Virus record (IMG/VR): IMGVR_UViG_3300026534_000035
Location: 1 to 64,000 of that record
Length of the DNA: 64,000 nucleotides
DNA from: a virus
Strand: one strand, 5' to 3'
The translations under genes were made by a program, and so were the position numbers. Positions 28,399-38,900 of the stretch are shown piece after piece. Numbering within the stretch: position 1 is the stretch's first letter; every line of letters begins with the position of its first letter. Below the pieces are notes generated by a model. The model made no database searches and had not been told where the DNA came from. It saw only the letters and a program-made list of their open reading frames with translations.

Positions 28399-28827
28399 AT
28401 GCCACAACTGAACGTCGGTCAAACAGGGACACTTAAAAGTGTTCCTAAGCTTACCAAGATTTCCGCTGATGACAATACTCGAATGGTTTTTAAGAGTATG
28501 GGCAATAATCATGTCTACCCTTTTATGTGGGGATCAAGTCATTTGATTAGCGGCGGAGCCGATACTGTTGTAGCCAGTGGTGTTAAATTTCATGGGCTAG
28601 AGTTAGCTAAACATTGTAATATAGTGTTAACTGTAACAAGTGGTACTCAAGATGGTTATGTTTACATAGAAAAAGATATTGCATCTAATATGGTTACAGT
28701 TAAATCTACTGGTAGTAACAGTGTAGAAGTTGACATTAGATGGATGCTTGCATCTACAGATCCTGAAATTGAAGGGCTACATTGTAGTGGGTTGGGAACC
28801 CCTTTCCCAAGCCAATGGAGTAGATAA
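28399..28827 (+). CDS. Head-module hypothetical protein
   Basis: AAGGAGG RBS; between protease and scaffold. Confidence 0.6.
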   Translation: MPQLNVGQTGTLKSVPKLTKISADDNTRMVFKSMGNNHVYPFMWGSSHLISGGADTVVASGVKFHGLELAKHCNIVLTVTSGTQDGYVYIEKDIASNMVTVKSTGSNSVEVDIRWMLASTDPEIEGLHCSGLGTPFPSQWSR

Positions 28828-28929
28828 AACTGATTAGTTTTAGGAATAGGATAAGGAATTAATAATAAAAATACTAAGAATAGATTTTTAATGTCAGGTT
28901 GGTATTAAATTACATAGGAGGTATTATTG

Positions 28930-29643
28930 ATGGATGAAAAACTTTATGAGGATATTAAGTCTGTAGTTGCTAAAATTTTTTCAGAAAAAGAAGAATCTGA
29001 AAAAGTTGCGCAGACCGAAGAAGCTCTTCGTGAAGCAGCAGATACAATTGCTGATTTAACTACTACGCTTGAAAAAAGAAATGAGGAATTGAAGGTTTAT
29101 GAAACTGAAGCCACAGAATTAAAAGAACAAGTTTCTACTTTTGAATCTGAGCTTGAGGCAGCCCAGGAAGAGAAGAAAGAACTTGAGACTAAAATGGCTG
29201 AGGTTGAAGCGTCGCTCGAAGATATTAAGAAAGACAGACTTTCAGAAAAAAGAATGGCTGAGTTGGAAGAAGCGGGTGTTAAGATCGCTGATGATGAGGC
29301 TCAGACAGCTAAAGTCAGAGAAATGTCTGATGAGGAATTTGTTTCATATAAAAGTGAATTGGTTTCTATTCGTGAATCTGTTGTGGCCGAATTGGCAAAA
29401 AATAAGGAAAGTTCAACAGATGACAACGCAGAAGACTCCGGAAAAACTGCAAGTACAAAGGCAGCTGATGAGAAAGCCAGTGATGGAGATGATGATGGAG
29501 GAGATCCTCCTCCGGCAAACATTGATAAAACAAAAGCAGTTACAGCTGCTTTAAATTTTGAAGGCCGTCCTTCAGATGATATGATTGCTAAATATGCGGA
29601 GTTAGGAAAAGCGTTGGCGGAAGAAATGAAGAAGTCTAAATAA
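28930..29643 (+). CDS. Scaffolding protein
   Basis: Acidic coiled coil upstream of capsid genes. Confidence 0.7.
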   Translation: MDEKLYEDIKSVVAKIFSEKEESEKVAQTEEALREAADTIADLTTTLEKRNEELKVYETEATELKEQVSTFESELEAAQEEKKELETKMAEVEASLEDIKKDRLSEKRMAELEEAGVKIADDEAQTAKVREMSDEEFVSYKSELVSIRESVVAELAKNKESSTDDNAEDSGKTASTKAADEKASDGDDDGGDPPPANIDKTKAVTAALNFEGRPSDDMIAKYAELGKALAEEMKKSK

Positions 29644-29678
29644 TTTTGTTAGTAATTTAATTAAGGAGGAAAAAGGAT

Positions 29679-30344
29679 ATGTTTGTACCAAGACATCCTG
29701 TTGTTGAAAACCAATTCTGTACTTATGGTGCGCAGACGGGGACCGGATCAGCTGGAGTAGGCGGTGTTATTTGTTATGCTGGAGCTGCCTTATACCTATC
29801 TAATAGTGCTGCTAATCAAGAGGCCATAGTGTACAGGTATGATAGAGTAAGTACCGAACCTACAAATGCTGATGAGCGTGTGCCTTTTGGTTTATCTATG
29901 CAAAAGGTAAAGACTGATTATCACCAAGTTCATCCTACAATGTATTTTATGCCTGGTGATTTAGGGTCTAGTGATGTTATCGCTGCTCCTACATATGATG
30001 GCGCGGGTAATATTACAGGCACCGCTGAAGCTCCTGTAGGTGTGGCACATCTAGGTATTTGGGACACAGTACATTATACTGCAGAGTTTACAGGTACTGC
30101 TGGAACAAATGCAGTTGTTTCTGCTGCTATAGCTCCTGGTGCTCTTATGTATGTGGCTGCAAATGCTGGCGCTAGACTTACTACAAGTAATTCAGCTGCT
30201 GGTAGTGATACATATGATGGAAAGCGTCTGCCTCATGTGACCACTGTTGTAGCCAGAGTGTGTAAAGGTGTTAGTGCTGCTAAAGCTACAGCCAATATCA
30301 ATAACGTTACGCTTTACCCCATCAGAGTGAAACTGATGGTTTAA
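29679..30344 (+). CDS. Capsid decoration/minor head protein
   Basis: Gly/Ala-rich, directly before MCP; PFGL, GIWDT.HY, PGALMYV..GARLTT. Confidence 0.65.
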   Translation: MFVPRHPVVENQFCTYGAQTGTGSAGVGGVICYAGAALYLSNSAANQEAIVYRYDRVSTEPTNADERVPFGLSMQKVKTDYHQVHPTMYFMPGDLGSSDVIAAPTYDGAGNITGTAEAPVGVAHLGIWDTVHYTAEFTGTAGTNAVVSAAIAPGALMYVAANAGARLTTSNSAAGSDTYDGKRLPHVTTVVARVCKGVSAAKATANINNVTLYPIRVKLMV

Positions 30345-30414
30345 TTTTATAAAAAAATGGGATTAAGGCATGTTTTAATGCTTCCCAAATTATTTCAAGG
30401 AGGAGTTTGATATT

Positions 30415-30597
30415 ATGGAAAGACAAGAAATGATGGAGCTTTTTAGAGCTACTGCTGACATTAATACTAAAGAAGGCATAGCTGCTTATAGGGCTTTTGC
30501 TGCTGCCATTACAACTCCTATCCTGCAGAAGGTTGAATTGGAATCTATTATGAGACAGTTGTTTGCCGTGGAGCGTTTGGGTCCCGGCGCACAGGCT
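30415..30597 (+). CDS. Major capsid protein exon 1 (61 aa)
   Basis: AAGGAGG RBS; ends ...PGAQA at a U that pairs with the IGS ggcctgt (30622-30628). Confidence 0.88.
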
Positions 30598-31669
30598 TAA
30601 TGGTACTCACTGGGGGTATACGGCCTGTTAAAACTTTGCTATATGCTGGAAAATCCTAAAGCCGTCCTTTACTGATATGGTGATAATAAGGAGGATATAT
30701 GGACAATCATGCAGGTAACTTATTAAAGTGTTGTAGTACTAATTATTTGGCTGGTTTGATAGATAGTGATTTTGGAGTTTACATACATAAGTTTTTTCCA
30801 AGAGGAAAACTACAGTTAAGACCTACAATTCAGTTTGTTAGTGCTAATAAAGATATAATTGAGGTTTTACATCAAGTTTTTAAAAGTGTTAATATAAACC
30901 ATCATATTGCACATAGAAAAGGCACTGTGAGTAGAGACAAAAAGGAATTGACTATTTCCAGATTATCTAAATGTAGAGACTTTTCTGAATTGTACAAGGC
31001 CAGTTGTGTAGTAAGACGCGGGCAGTTAGAGCTAATTTCTAAATATTGTGCAAACAGATTATTTATGGTAGATAATTATGGATGGAAACAAAATAATACT
31101 CCATATACTAAATATCAAATGACTTTATATGATGAATTATCTTTTTTAAATAGTAATTATAATAAAGATTATGGGTTTAGAAACCGTACTTTATCATGGT
31201 TAGCAGGTTTTATAGATGGTGATGGTTCCTTTTGTTTTGTAGTAACTAATAAAAATAGAATTATCCCTACTTTGGATATTATTACTGGATCTGATACTTG
31301 TTTAGCTAATTTGATTGAAATTTTTGATGCCGCGGGCATAAAATATTATATTAGAAAATCTCCATCTAAAGCTACTAAAAGAATTAAAACCAATAAAATA
31401 TATAATATATATATAAGATCCTTTAATTCTTTATTTAAAATATCTAACTTACTAAAAGATAAATTGATTATAAAGCATCAGCAATGTAAGAATATTATTG
31501 ATTATATTAATTTATGTAATGAATGTAGATCAATAACATATACTAAGTCTGATATAGTTTGTAGAAATAAAATATTAAACACTAAATAAGACACCTCAGA
31601 GACTAATACGCAAAGCACCTAATGGTGATGATAGAGTCCACTTATTATAGAAATATAATAAATTAAGTG
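30598..31669 (+). mobile_element. Group I intron 1 in major capsid gene (1072 nt)
   Basis: P1 acaggcU/Ggccugu; P3 ctttgc/gcaaag; P tgctggaa; R ctcagagacta; S gatgatagagtcc; P9.0 actt/aagt then terminal G; P10 actggg/cccagt. Confidence 0.9.
30699..31589 (+). CDS. Intron-encoded double-motif LAGLIDADG homing endonuclease
   Basis: YLAGLIDSDFG and WLAGFIDGDGSF; AAGGAGG RBS; lies between Q and R elements. Confidence 0.92.
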   Translation: MDNHAGNLLKCCSTNYLAGLIDSDFGVYIHKFFPRGKLQLRPTIQFVSANKDIIEVLHQVFKSVNINHHIAHRKGTVSRDKKELTISRLSKCRDFSELYKASCVVRRGQLELISKYCANRLFMVDNYGWKQNNTPYTKYQMTLYDELSFLNSNYNKDYGFRNRTLSWLAGFIDGDGSFCFVVTNKNRIIPTLDIITGSDTCLANLIEIFDAAGIKYYIRKSPSKATKRIKTNKIYNIYIRSFNSLFKISNLLKDKLIIKHQQCKNIIDYINLCNECRSITYTKSDIVCRNKILNTK

Positions 31670-31684
31670 GTTTACCCAGTCGCT
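31670..31684 (+). CDS. Major capsid protein exon 2, 15-nt micro-exon (VYPVA)
   Basis: GTT TAC CCA GTC GCT between intron 1 terminal G and intron 2 P1; restores an in-frame AQA-VYPVA-EDF. Confidence 0.85.
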
Positions 31685-32596
31685 AAATCATTTGGCGCCC
31701 TATATAGTAATATGTAGGTGAAAAAGAGAACTATATGCTGGAAACTCCTGTTAGGCTTTAAGTACCAAAGTGTAAAAATCTTAAAGATAGGGACAATCAG
31801 CAGGGAAGCCTTTTTTATTGGCCCCTCAACGACTATGAAAAGGAACAATTACATGAAGAAAAATCTTCACACACAAACAAATAGTAAGTACTATAAGCTT
31901 TCTTTATTAGCATCCATGGCTTTATGGGATGGTCATATAACTAAAAAAGGAAGATTATGTGTTAGACATAGCCAAAAACAACTAGAATACTTACAATGGA
32001 AGGCTGATTTATTGTATAATGCTTTTGATAGAAAAGTAAACGTTAATAAGTATGGTGGTAAATATCCATACTGTGAAATATCTTTTACAAATGACATAAC
32101 TAAACGTTTAAGAAAGTTATTATATATAGATGACAAAAAAACTATTAGTCAGTCAGCTTTAAATTTATTAAAAACTTCTGTTGCTTTATTAATAATGTAT
32201 TTAGATAATGGTTGTTTAGTCTTGCATAAGTTTAAGAATGATAAAACTAAAATTAAAAGTAGAGAAATATATCTATCTAGCCATTCTTTTGGTTATAGTG
32301 GTAACGAAATGTTAAAATGTTGGTTTAAGCGTAACTTTAATATTACCACTAGTTTAAGAAAAGATAGAGGCCGTACTTACATCGCTTTTAATGCCACTAA
32401 TGCTAATAAACTTTTAAATTTGTTTGATGCTGTTCCTGACAGTATGGTGTATAAGATTGATATGAAATACACTTACCCACGTTCTCCTTCCTTATAGGAA
32501 GATGATATAGTCTGAACTCATAGGAAACTATGAGAGGGAAAGTCGAAGAACTTTCCCCGCCTAGTTTTTATACTAGGTCATAAAAGTAACAGAGTG
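31685..32596 (+). mobile_element. Group I intron 2 in major capsid gene (912 nt)
   Basis: P1 cgcU/Ggcg; P3 gagaac/gttctc; P atgctggaa; Q aatcagcagg; R ctcaacgacta; S gaagatgatatagtct; P9.0 actc/gagt then terminal G; P10 aaatc/gattt. Confidence 0.9.
31853..32497 (+). CDS. Intron-encoded LAGLIDADG_2-type homing endonuclease (start 31835 or 31853)
   Basis: SMALWDGHI, HSQKQLEYLQWK, IMYLDNG, S.HSF, SMVYKI; inserted between P7 5' strand and P3 3' strand. Confidence 0.85.
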   Translation: MKKNLHTQTNSKYYKLSLLASMALWDGHITKKGRLCVRHSQKQLEYLQWKADLLYNAFDRKVNVNKYGGKYPYCEISFTNDITKRLRKLLYIDDKKTISQSALNLLKTSVALLIMYLDNGCLVLHKFKNDKTKIKSREIYLSSHSFGYSGNEMLKCWFKRNFNITTSLRKDRGRTYIAFNATNANKLLNLFDAVPDSMVYKIDMKYTYPRSPSL

Positions 32597-33469
32597 GAAG
32601 ATTTCGAGATTCCAGTTTGGGTCCTTCCTGGATTAGGATATGTAGCACAGAATTTTATTGAAGGCATTGGAGAAGAGGTGTATGTTCCCACTTTTACAAT
32701 CGATGCCTCAGCAGATTGGAAATTAACGTATGCACGTGACTCTCGTATTGATATTGCTCAACGTGCAGCTGCTAGAGTAGCCAAAGACTTGGCTAATTAT
32801 GAGGAAGAGTGTGGTTGGCGTGTAATTATGCCCGCTGCTACTTCTGCTTTTTCGGGTAAAGGTTTGTTGGGTTCTCGCCCAGCTCCTATTTATGAAATTA
32901 GCAACGCTTCTACAGGTGCTGGTTATTTGTCAAAGGAGCTGATTAATAAAATGATGGTGGGTTTCAAAAGAATCGGCCGTCAGTTAACTGACATTTATAT
33001 TTCTCCTGAGGACGCTGCTGATATTCGTGAATGGACTGACACAGATATTGATCCTGTCACTAGACGTGAGATTTTTCAGGCTTCTGGTATGGGATCTATT
33101 TGGAGTGTTAGGCTCCATGAAGTACAGCACTTAGGAGCTGTTGGGTTGTACAATATCAATGGTCATTCATCTCAGTATGGTAAATTTATTGCTGATAGTG
33201 GGGAAAGTTATAACGCTTATACTTTAGATAACCCCAATGTTACCAATGCTGATGGTACTATAGCTACTTTGGGCGAAACACAGATTATAGGTTTTGATTT
33301 GTCTACAAACGATTCACTAGTCATGCCTATCAGAAAAGAGTATGAAGCTCTTGAAGATCCAACTTTATTGCGTAGTCAAAAACAAGGCTTTTTTGGTTGG
33401 GCTGAATTAGGTTTCGCATGTTTGGATAGTAGAATGCTGGGAATTGGTGTTATTGACCGTAGTTTATAA
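32597..33469 (+). CDS. Major capsid protein exon 3 (290 aa); spliced product 356 aa, probably HK97 fold
   Basis: EEVYVPTF, IYISPEDAADIREW, QGFFGWAELGFA; position after scaffold/decoration genes. Confidence 0.88.
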   Translation, partial: EDFEIPVWVLPGLGYVAQNFIEGIGEEVYVPTFTIDASADWKLTYARDSRIDIAQRAAARVAKDLANYEEECGWRVIMPAATSAFSGKGLLGSRPAPIYEISNASTGAGYLSKELINKMMVGFKRIGRQLTDIYISPEDAADIREWTDTDIDPVTRREIFQASGMGSIWSVRLHEVQHLGAVGLYNINGHSSQYGKFIADSGESYNAYTLDNPNVTNADGTIATLGETQIIGFDLSTNDSLVMPIRKEYEALEDPTLLRSQKQGFFGWAELGFACLDSRMLGIGVIDRSL

Positions 33470-33483
33470 AATGAAAAAAAGAG

Positions 33484-33523
33484 TCAATGTGCTCTGTTAG
33501 TAAAAGGGTGCAGAGCACATTGA
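33484..33523. other. 13-bp stem-loop after MCP (stabiliser or terminator)
   Basis: tcaatgtgctctg...cagagcacattga. Confidence 0.7.
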
Positions 33524-33538
33524 AACTTAGAATGGTTT

Positions 33539-33859
33539 ATGATGTTTTATAAATTAATTTTTGCAGTGGTAGTTACTGAAGCTTTTACTGAATTAATTAC
33601 TAAGGCTGAAATAACAGAGCCTATTAGGAAGTTTATATTTACTAAAGGACATAAGAACAGGGTTTTTAATTGGTTACATAGGTTATTGGATTGTGGGTAT
33701 TGTACGTCGGTTTGGATAGGTGCGTTTATGGCGTTGTTTTTATTTAAGGATGTTCATTTTGTGACCCCTTATTTGGATTGGTTGTTTATAGGATTGGTGC
33801 TTCATAGATTTTCTAATGTATTACATTTTGTAATTGATAAGCTTAGAGGATCAATGTAA
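33539..33859 (+). CDS. Small membrane protein, DUF1360-like
   Basis: T.LIT...I.EPIR; LLDCGYCTSVW; hydrophobic helices. Confidence 0.7.
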   Translation: MMFYKLIFAVVVTEAFTELITKAEITEPIRKFIFTKGHKNRVFNWLHRLLDCGYCTSVWIGAFMALFLFKDVHFVTPYLDWLFIGLVLHRFSNVLHFVIDKLRGSM

Positions 33860-33886
33860 TTTAAATTCTATGGAAGGAGCTTAAAT

Positions 33887-35884
33887 ATGGCAAGAAGCTT
33901 ATTTGAACAACTACAGCAAGTTAGAGGTACTCGTACATTTTTCACAGATATGAAACGACGCCTTGCTGAAACTGCTGGTAGACATTATTATACTGGCACG
34001 CTGACAGCCGTTTCTGGTTCTACTACAGTTACAGATCCTTCTAGTTTTGGAGTAGACGAGGTCAATAACTTCGTTGTTATTGATAGTGGCGCTGCAGCCG
34101 GCACTTATAAAATTACTGCCGTGTCTGGAACTACTGCTACTATTAATCCTGCAGCTGCTGGGAGTGATTCAAGTGCGGCTTATAGGCGACACTACTTTCA
34201 AAACTTGGAAGATGATTTGAACTATATTAGATACATGATGGATCTTGTTGTAGGTGAGGATAGTTGGTATGATGAGCCTAATACCAACCTTAAAGATATG
34301 GCTTATCTTATCCCCAAACGTCCTAATTATGTAGGGGAGACTTCTCAGTATGCTATTAGGCCTGGTACTGTTTCATTCGCCATTGATGATATTGATCAGA
34401 CTGGTAAAGTTAGTAGTGGTGCCCCTTCAACTGAATATACTGATAATACATCAAGTGTTTCGGCAGGTACATCTATTAGATTTACTGATGATAACACCAT
34501 GGAAATCAGTATTTCTGGCGGTTTTTATCCCGCGGATGAAGGCACACTTTATATTTATAGAGATTCTGCTGTTATAGGCCAGTTAGATCTGGCTTCTGCT
34601 TGGACTAGTGATGGTTGTTCTTACGAAGATTCTGAATCTGATGTAGGAACTAACCCAAATCACACAGCAGGAGGTACTGGTACTGACGTTATTAGTCTTA
34701 CTAATAGACGTTGTATGAATACATCAGTTGATGGTTACTCTAGTTTTTGGCCAGCCTATCAAATTGCTAGTATGAGTGCTACAGTGACTTTGCCAGCAGG
34801 ATTCCAGGGACAAATCACCGTACAACATTCTGTCGGTGGTAGTCAGAATTATACTTATGCTAGTTTCTGGGTAGATACAACAAGTCAGGCAATAACTGCT
34901 GCTGCTCCAACAGTTTCCTTGGCATCTGCGACTAATAAACATCTTAGCGGTGTTCCTTATTATACATCAAATACTACTTTCACTGTAACTGGTAATAATA
35001 GTGATACATTATTTGATCGTGGTTATGTTGATAATCCTATGACGTTGCATGTGGGACAATTTAATGCGTCTGATGTAACTCCTACATTATCGCAGATTGG
35101 CTTTACTGAGCCATTGGCCATTACTGATACTATATCAGGACAGTCAGGTTATTCCGCTACTATTACTGTTGGTACGGGTAATTTTAGGGATATGGATGCT
35201 AGAGCCCAGGCCACTTACAGAAATGTGTTTGCGAGTGCTACCTCTGGTGACTCTGCTGCTGGAACATATAGAATTGATACATATGGAACAACTAGCACGA
35301 GCACAGTAGAGTATTTTGATGATGAAAATAAACGTTTTAAGGGTGATGAGAATTTTAATAATACAAGTATTACTTGGACTGACAGCAACTGGAGTTCTTC
35401 TGATAATATTACTACATTAACAGAAAAAGGTCTGGTTGTTTATAATGGTACCTTAAAGTATCCTACAATTAATCATTCTACATTCTCCCCAGCCGGACCA
35501 GATTATTCAGGTCAGACAGGGGACTTTTATTATTACAGGGTGTTTATTGCTTCAGGCGTGTTTACTCAAGGTACTATAACTTTTGATGGTTGGAGTAATG
35601 CTCTTAATGTGATTCAAGGAAGTAACGTGCAGGTCCAATTAAGATATCCTAATTGCTCTGATTATGGTAATAACAATACAAGTGTTTGGCAAGATTTAAG
35701 TGTTGATCAGACGGTGTATGGAGGTAATGGGTGTCTTGGTTCTGGTTCGTCTGGATCTTCTGTTGCTTTTAGTTTTGGAACTACTAGCTCTAGTTCTTAT
35801 GGTAATAGAGTTATCATGAGAATTAAATTCTCAGCTAGTTCGGTGACGGCATTGAATTCTGTCACTTTTAGTCCTACATTGTAA
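33887..35884 (+). CDS. Virion structural protein
   Basis: S/T/G-rich; MARSL.EQL.Q N-terminus, LEDDLN.IR, EYFDDENKR, PDYSG.TG..YYYR. Confidence 0.7.
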   Translation: MARSLFEQLQQVRGTRTFFTDMKRRLAETAGRHYYTGTLTAVSGSTTVTDPSSFGVDEVNNFVVIDSGAAAGTYKITAVSGTTATINPAAAGSDSSAAYRRHYFQNLEDDLNYIRYMMDLVVGEDSWYDEPNTNLKDMAYLIPKRPNYVGETSQYAIRPGTVSFAIDDIDQTGKVSSGAPSTEYTDNTSSVSAGTSIRFTDDNTMEISISGGFYPADEGTLYIYRDSAVIGQLDLASAWTSDGCSYEDSESDVGTNPNHTAGGTGTDVISLTNRRCMNTSVDGYSSFWPAYQIASMSATVTLPAGFQGQITVQHSVGGSQNYTYASFWVDTTSQAITAAAPTVSLASATNKHLSGVPYYTSNTTFTVTGNNSDTLFDRGYVDNPMTLHVGQFNASDVTPTLSQIGFTEPLAITDTISGQSGYSATITVGTGNFRDMDARAQATYRNVFASATSGDSAAGTYRIDTYGTTSTSTVEYFDDENKRFKGDENFNNTSITWTDSNWSSSDNITTLTEKGLVVYNGTLKYPTINHSTFSPAGPDYSGQTGDFYYYRVFIASGVFTQGTITFDGWSNALNVIQGSNVQVQLRYPNCSDYGNNNTSVWQDLSVDQTVYGGNGCLGSGSSGSSVAFSFGTTSSSSYGNRVIMRIKFSASSVTALNSVTFSPTL

Positions 35885-35911
35885 ACTTATAAGAAAGGAG
35901 AAATCTAAATT

Positions 35912-38900
35912 ATGGCGTTTAATGATACTTATAGAGAAAGCATTCAAAGTAAGCATCTTAGCAATGTAGGATTTACTTCAACTGCCAAAGGCGTTACTAA
36001 TGAGGCATTTGCTCTTAAGAACCCACATCAGGTTTTAGCTAGTCAAGTTCCAGTAACTGATGTAGTTTCTGATTATGGGCCACTTACTGCTAGTGGTATT
36101 GCTGCTGGTAAAGTTGAAGAGCACATTGTAAAGCTAACAGCAGATCCTACAGTTAATAGTAATAAAGCGTGGATTGCTTACGAAGATAATTGTCAAACAG
36201 CAGGACATTCGTCTAGAGGTCATGTAAGATTAGACCAATGGATGAGATATGCTGAGACACAGTATAAACTACGATTATTTGAGGATAATGGTACAGGTAC
36301 TGGTTACGATTCCAATAAAGAAATTTTACCTTCAGAAACATCTTTCAATTGGGAATATGACCAGTCTGCTGGTGTTGTATATTTTGACGCGGACCCCTCT
36401 GCCAATGGTAAAACTCTTCCATTGTGGGGCGTTTTTTATAAATATACTGGTGATATGGTTTCGGATTCACTTGCGTCAATTAGTGGAACCGTTGGCGCCC
36501 ATAATCATGATGATAGATACTACACTAAGACTCAACTTGACAATGGTCAATTAGATAATCGTTATTATACAGAAACAGAGATAGATAGTATGCTGACTAC
36601 TACCTCTGGTTATTTACAAAGTGAAATTGATAATACGTATACTCAGTCTGAGGTTGATAGTTTAATTAGTACTACTTCTGGATCGTTGCAGAATGATATT
36701 GTTTGGGAACAAACCTGGAGTGGCGTAATTCAGCCCAAGGCTGGTAAATATTTAGGTTCACCTATTTATACTACGGGTGATGTAACAATTGGCGGAAATT
36801 TAACTGTTACTGGTACACAGTTTATTTCTAATACTGAGACAGTTCAAATTGAAGACAATTTATTAGTAATTAATTCTGGAGAAACCGGCGCAGGCGTAAC
36901 CGAAGGTCAAGCTGGTATTCAAGTAGATCGCGGGACTGCTCCTGATTATTTCTTCTTATATGATGAGAATCAAGATAACTTTAGGGTTGGGGTTTCTGGT
37001 ACTCTTCAGGCTGTTGCTACACGAGAAGACTCTCCAGATAGTAACAGGGTTCCTTGGTGGGATGGTACTAATTATAGATTTGATACACATGGAACCTCTT
37101 ATATAACGATTGATACTACAGCTGATTCTATTAGTGCTTATGCTGGTTCTACAAAGCTTATGGGGGTAGCTTCTTCCTCACAGAGTTTTGGTGATACAGC
37201 TGCTGATGGTACCAATATAGTTGTAAGTCAAAGTAATGAGACCGTTGTAATAACTGCATCTGGTGTAACAGAAGCTACTTTTGGTACTAATGGTATGAGT
37301 TTGAGCTCAGGTGCGTCTGTAACTGATATTACTACAGTGATGGCCACACCTGGTGATGACGATACGTTAGTTACTGAAAAAGCTATTTATACATATGTAG
37401 ATTCAGTTTCGGGTACTTTGAGCCAAAGTACTACTAATCTTGATATATATAGATCTTTTACAGATGGTACTTCTACATCTGATGCATCCGGTAATACTGA
37501 TACATTTACATTTGCAGGTACTGGTGGTACTACCGTAACTATTGATTCAGCTACGGATAAATTGACTATTGATTCTTTCGACACATTCTTAGATCTTACT
37601 GACACACCTGGTGCTTACACAGCTAATAATACTCTTTATATGACAGCTGCTGGAATTGCCAGTAATTCGTCTGTAACGTTTGATCCAAGTAATAGTGAAT
37701 TTAATGTAGGCGGTGTTTTTAGTTTATCGGCTGGTACTACTGTAAATGAAATAGTTTCAAGTGTTGATAGTAATTCTACTGATGATCAATTGCCCACAGC
37801 TGGTAGTGTGTTTAGTTTAGTAAATTCAGTTTCTGGTACACTAAGTAGTGCTACTACCGCTTTAGATTTTTATAAGTACATAACGGATGGCGCTAATACT
37901 GCTGAGGCATCCGGGAATGATGATACACTTACTTTTGCTGCTACTGGTGGGGCATCAGTTACAGTTACACCTGGAACTGACACTATTACTATCGATGCTT
38001 TTGATACATTCTTGGAATTGACAGATACTCCAAGTGGCTATACAGCTAATAATATGCTCTATATGACGGCTACTGCTGTTGCTGATACCTCTGCTATGAC
38101 ATTTAATCCTACAACTAGTGGTGTAACGTTTGCTCACGATGTTAGTGTTGAGGGTTATTTATCATTAGCTAGTGGAACTTCCGTTAATGAAATTGCAACT
38201 TCTATTGGCAGTAATACTAATGATCAGCTGATTACGGCCAAGGCGGTTGAAGATTATGTAGATGGCCAGATGAATTTGGTAGATGCATATAAATATGTAA
38301 CCAATGGTACTACAACAACTACAGCTTCAGGTCTAGATACACTTACTATAAATGGTAGTAACGGTGTGTCTATTACAGTAGATTCCTCTACAGATACAGT
38401 TAGTGTGGTTGGGCCTTCGCAGCCAGTGGCTTACGAGGCTGAACTTACTTATAACGCCTCCGGTGGTTATTGGGCATACAATGGCGGTTTTGCTTCAGTG
38501 CCTAGTGATTTAGAAGTGTTCTTAAACGGTGTAAAAAATAAGAACGATTCCGATTATTATACAGCCGCTGTTGTTGGTGGCGAGTTAAGAATCACCTTTG
38601 CCTTTGATACCTATGCGGAAGATTGGGCTAATATAACTTATGGTACTGTTTGGAATGGAGCTACTTGGTCTAGTATAACATCTAATGCTAATGTTTCATC
38701 TGGACAAAGAATTATTGTTGATACTTCTGGCGGAACTGCTTACACATTAACATTGCCTGGAAGTCCTACAATGGGAGATGAAATTCATTTCTTAGATGGT
38801 GGGTATAATTGTGGTACAGTTAATGTAACACTTGCTAGAAATGGTAATAATATAATGGGCTTGTCCCAGGATATGACTATTGATACAGACGGCGCAGCAT

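Noticed and set aside
31718-31834. GTG start and N-terminal extension of the second endonuclease
   Set aside because: This stretch is the intron P3-P7 core and has no RBS; the ATGs at 31835/31853 are more plausible. The GTG at 32594 is likewise the intron 3' end
30415-32596. Intein, stop-codon readthrough or separate 61-aa gene explaining the broken capsid gene
   Set aside because: No intein splice residues and in-frame stops are present; group I intron elements explain the layout fully
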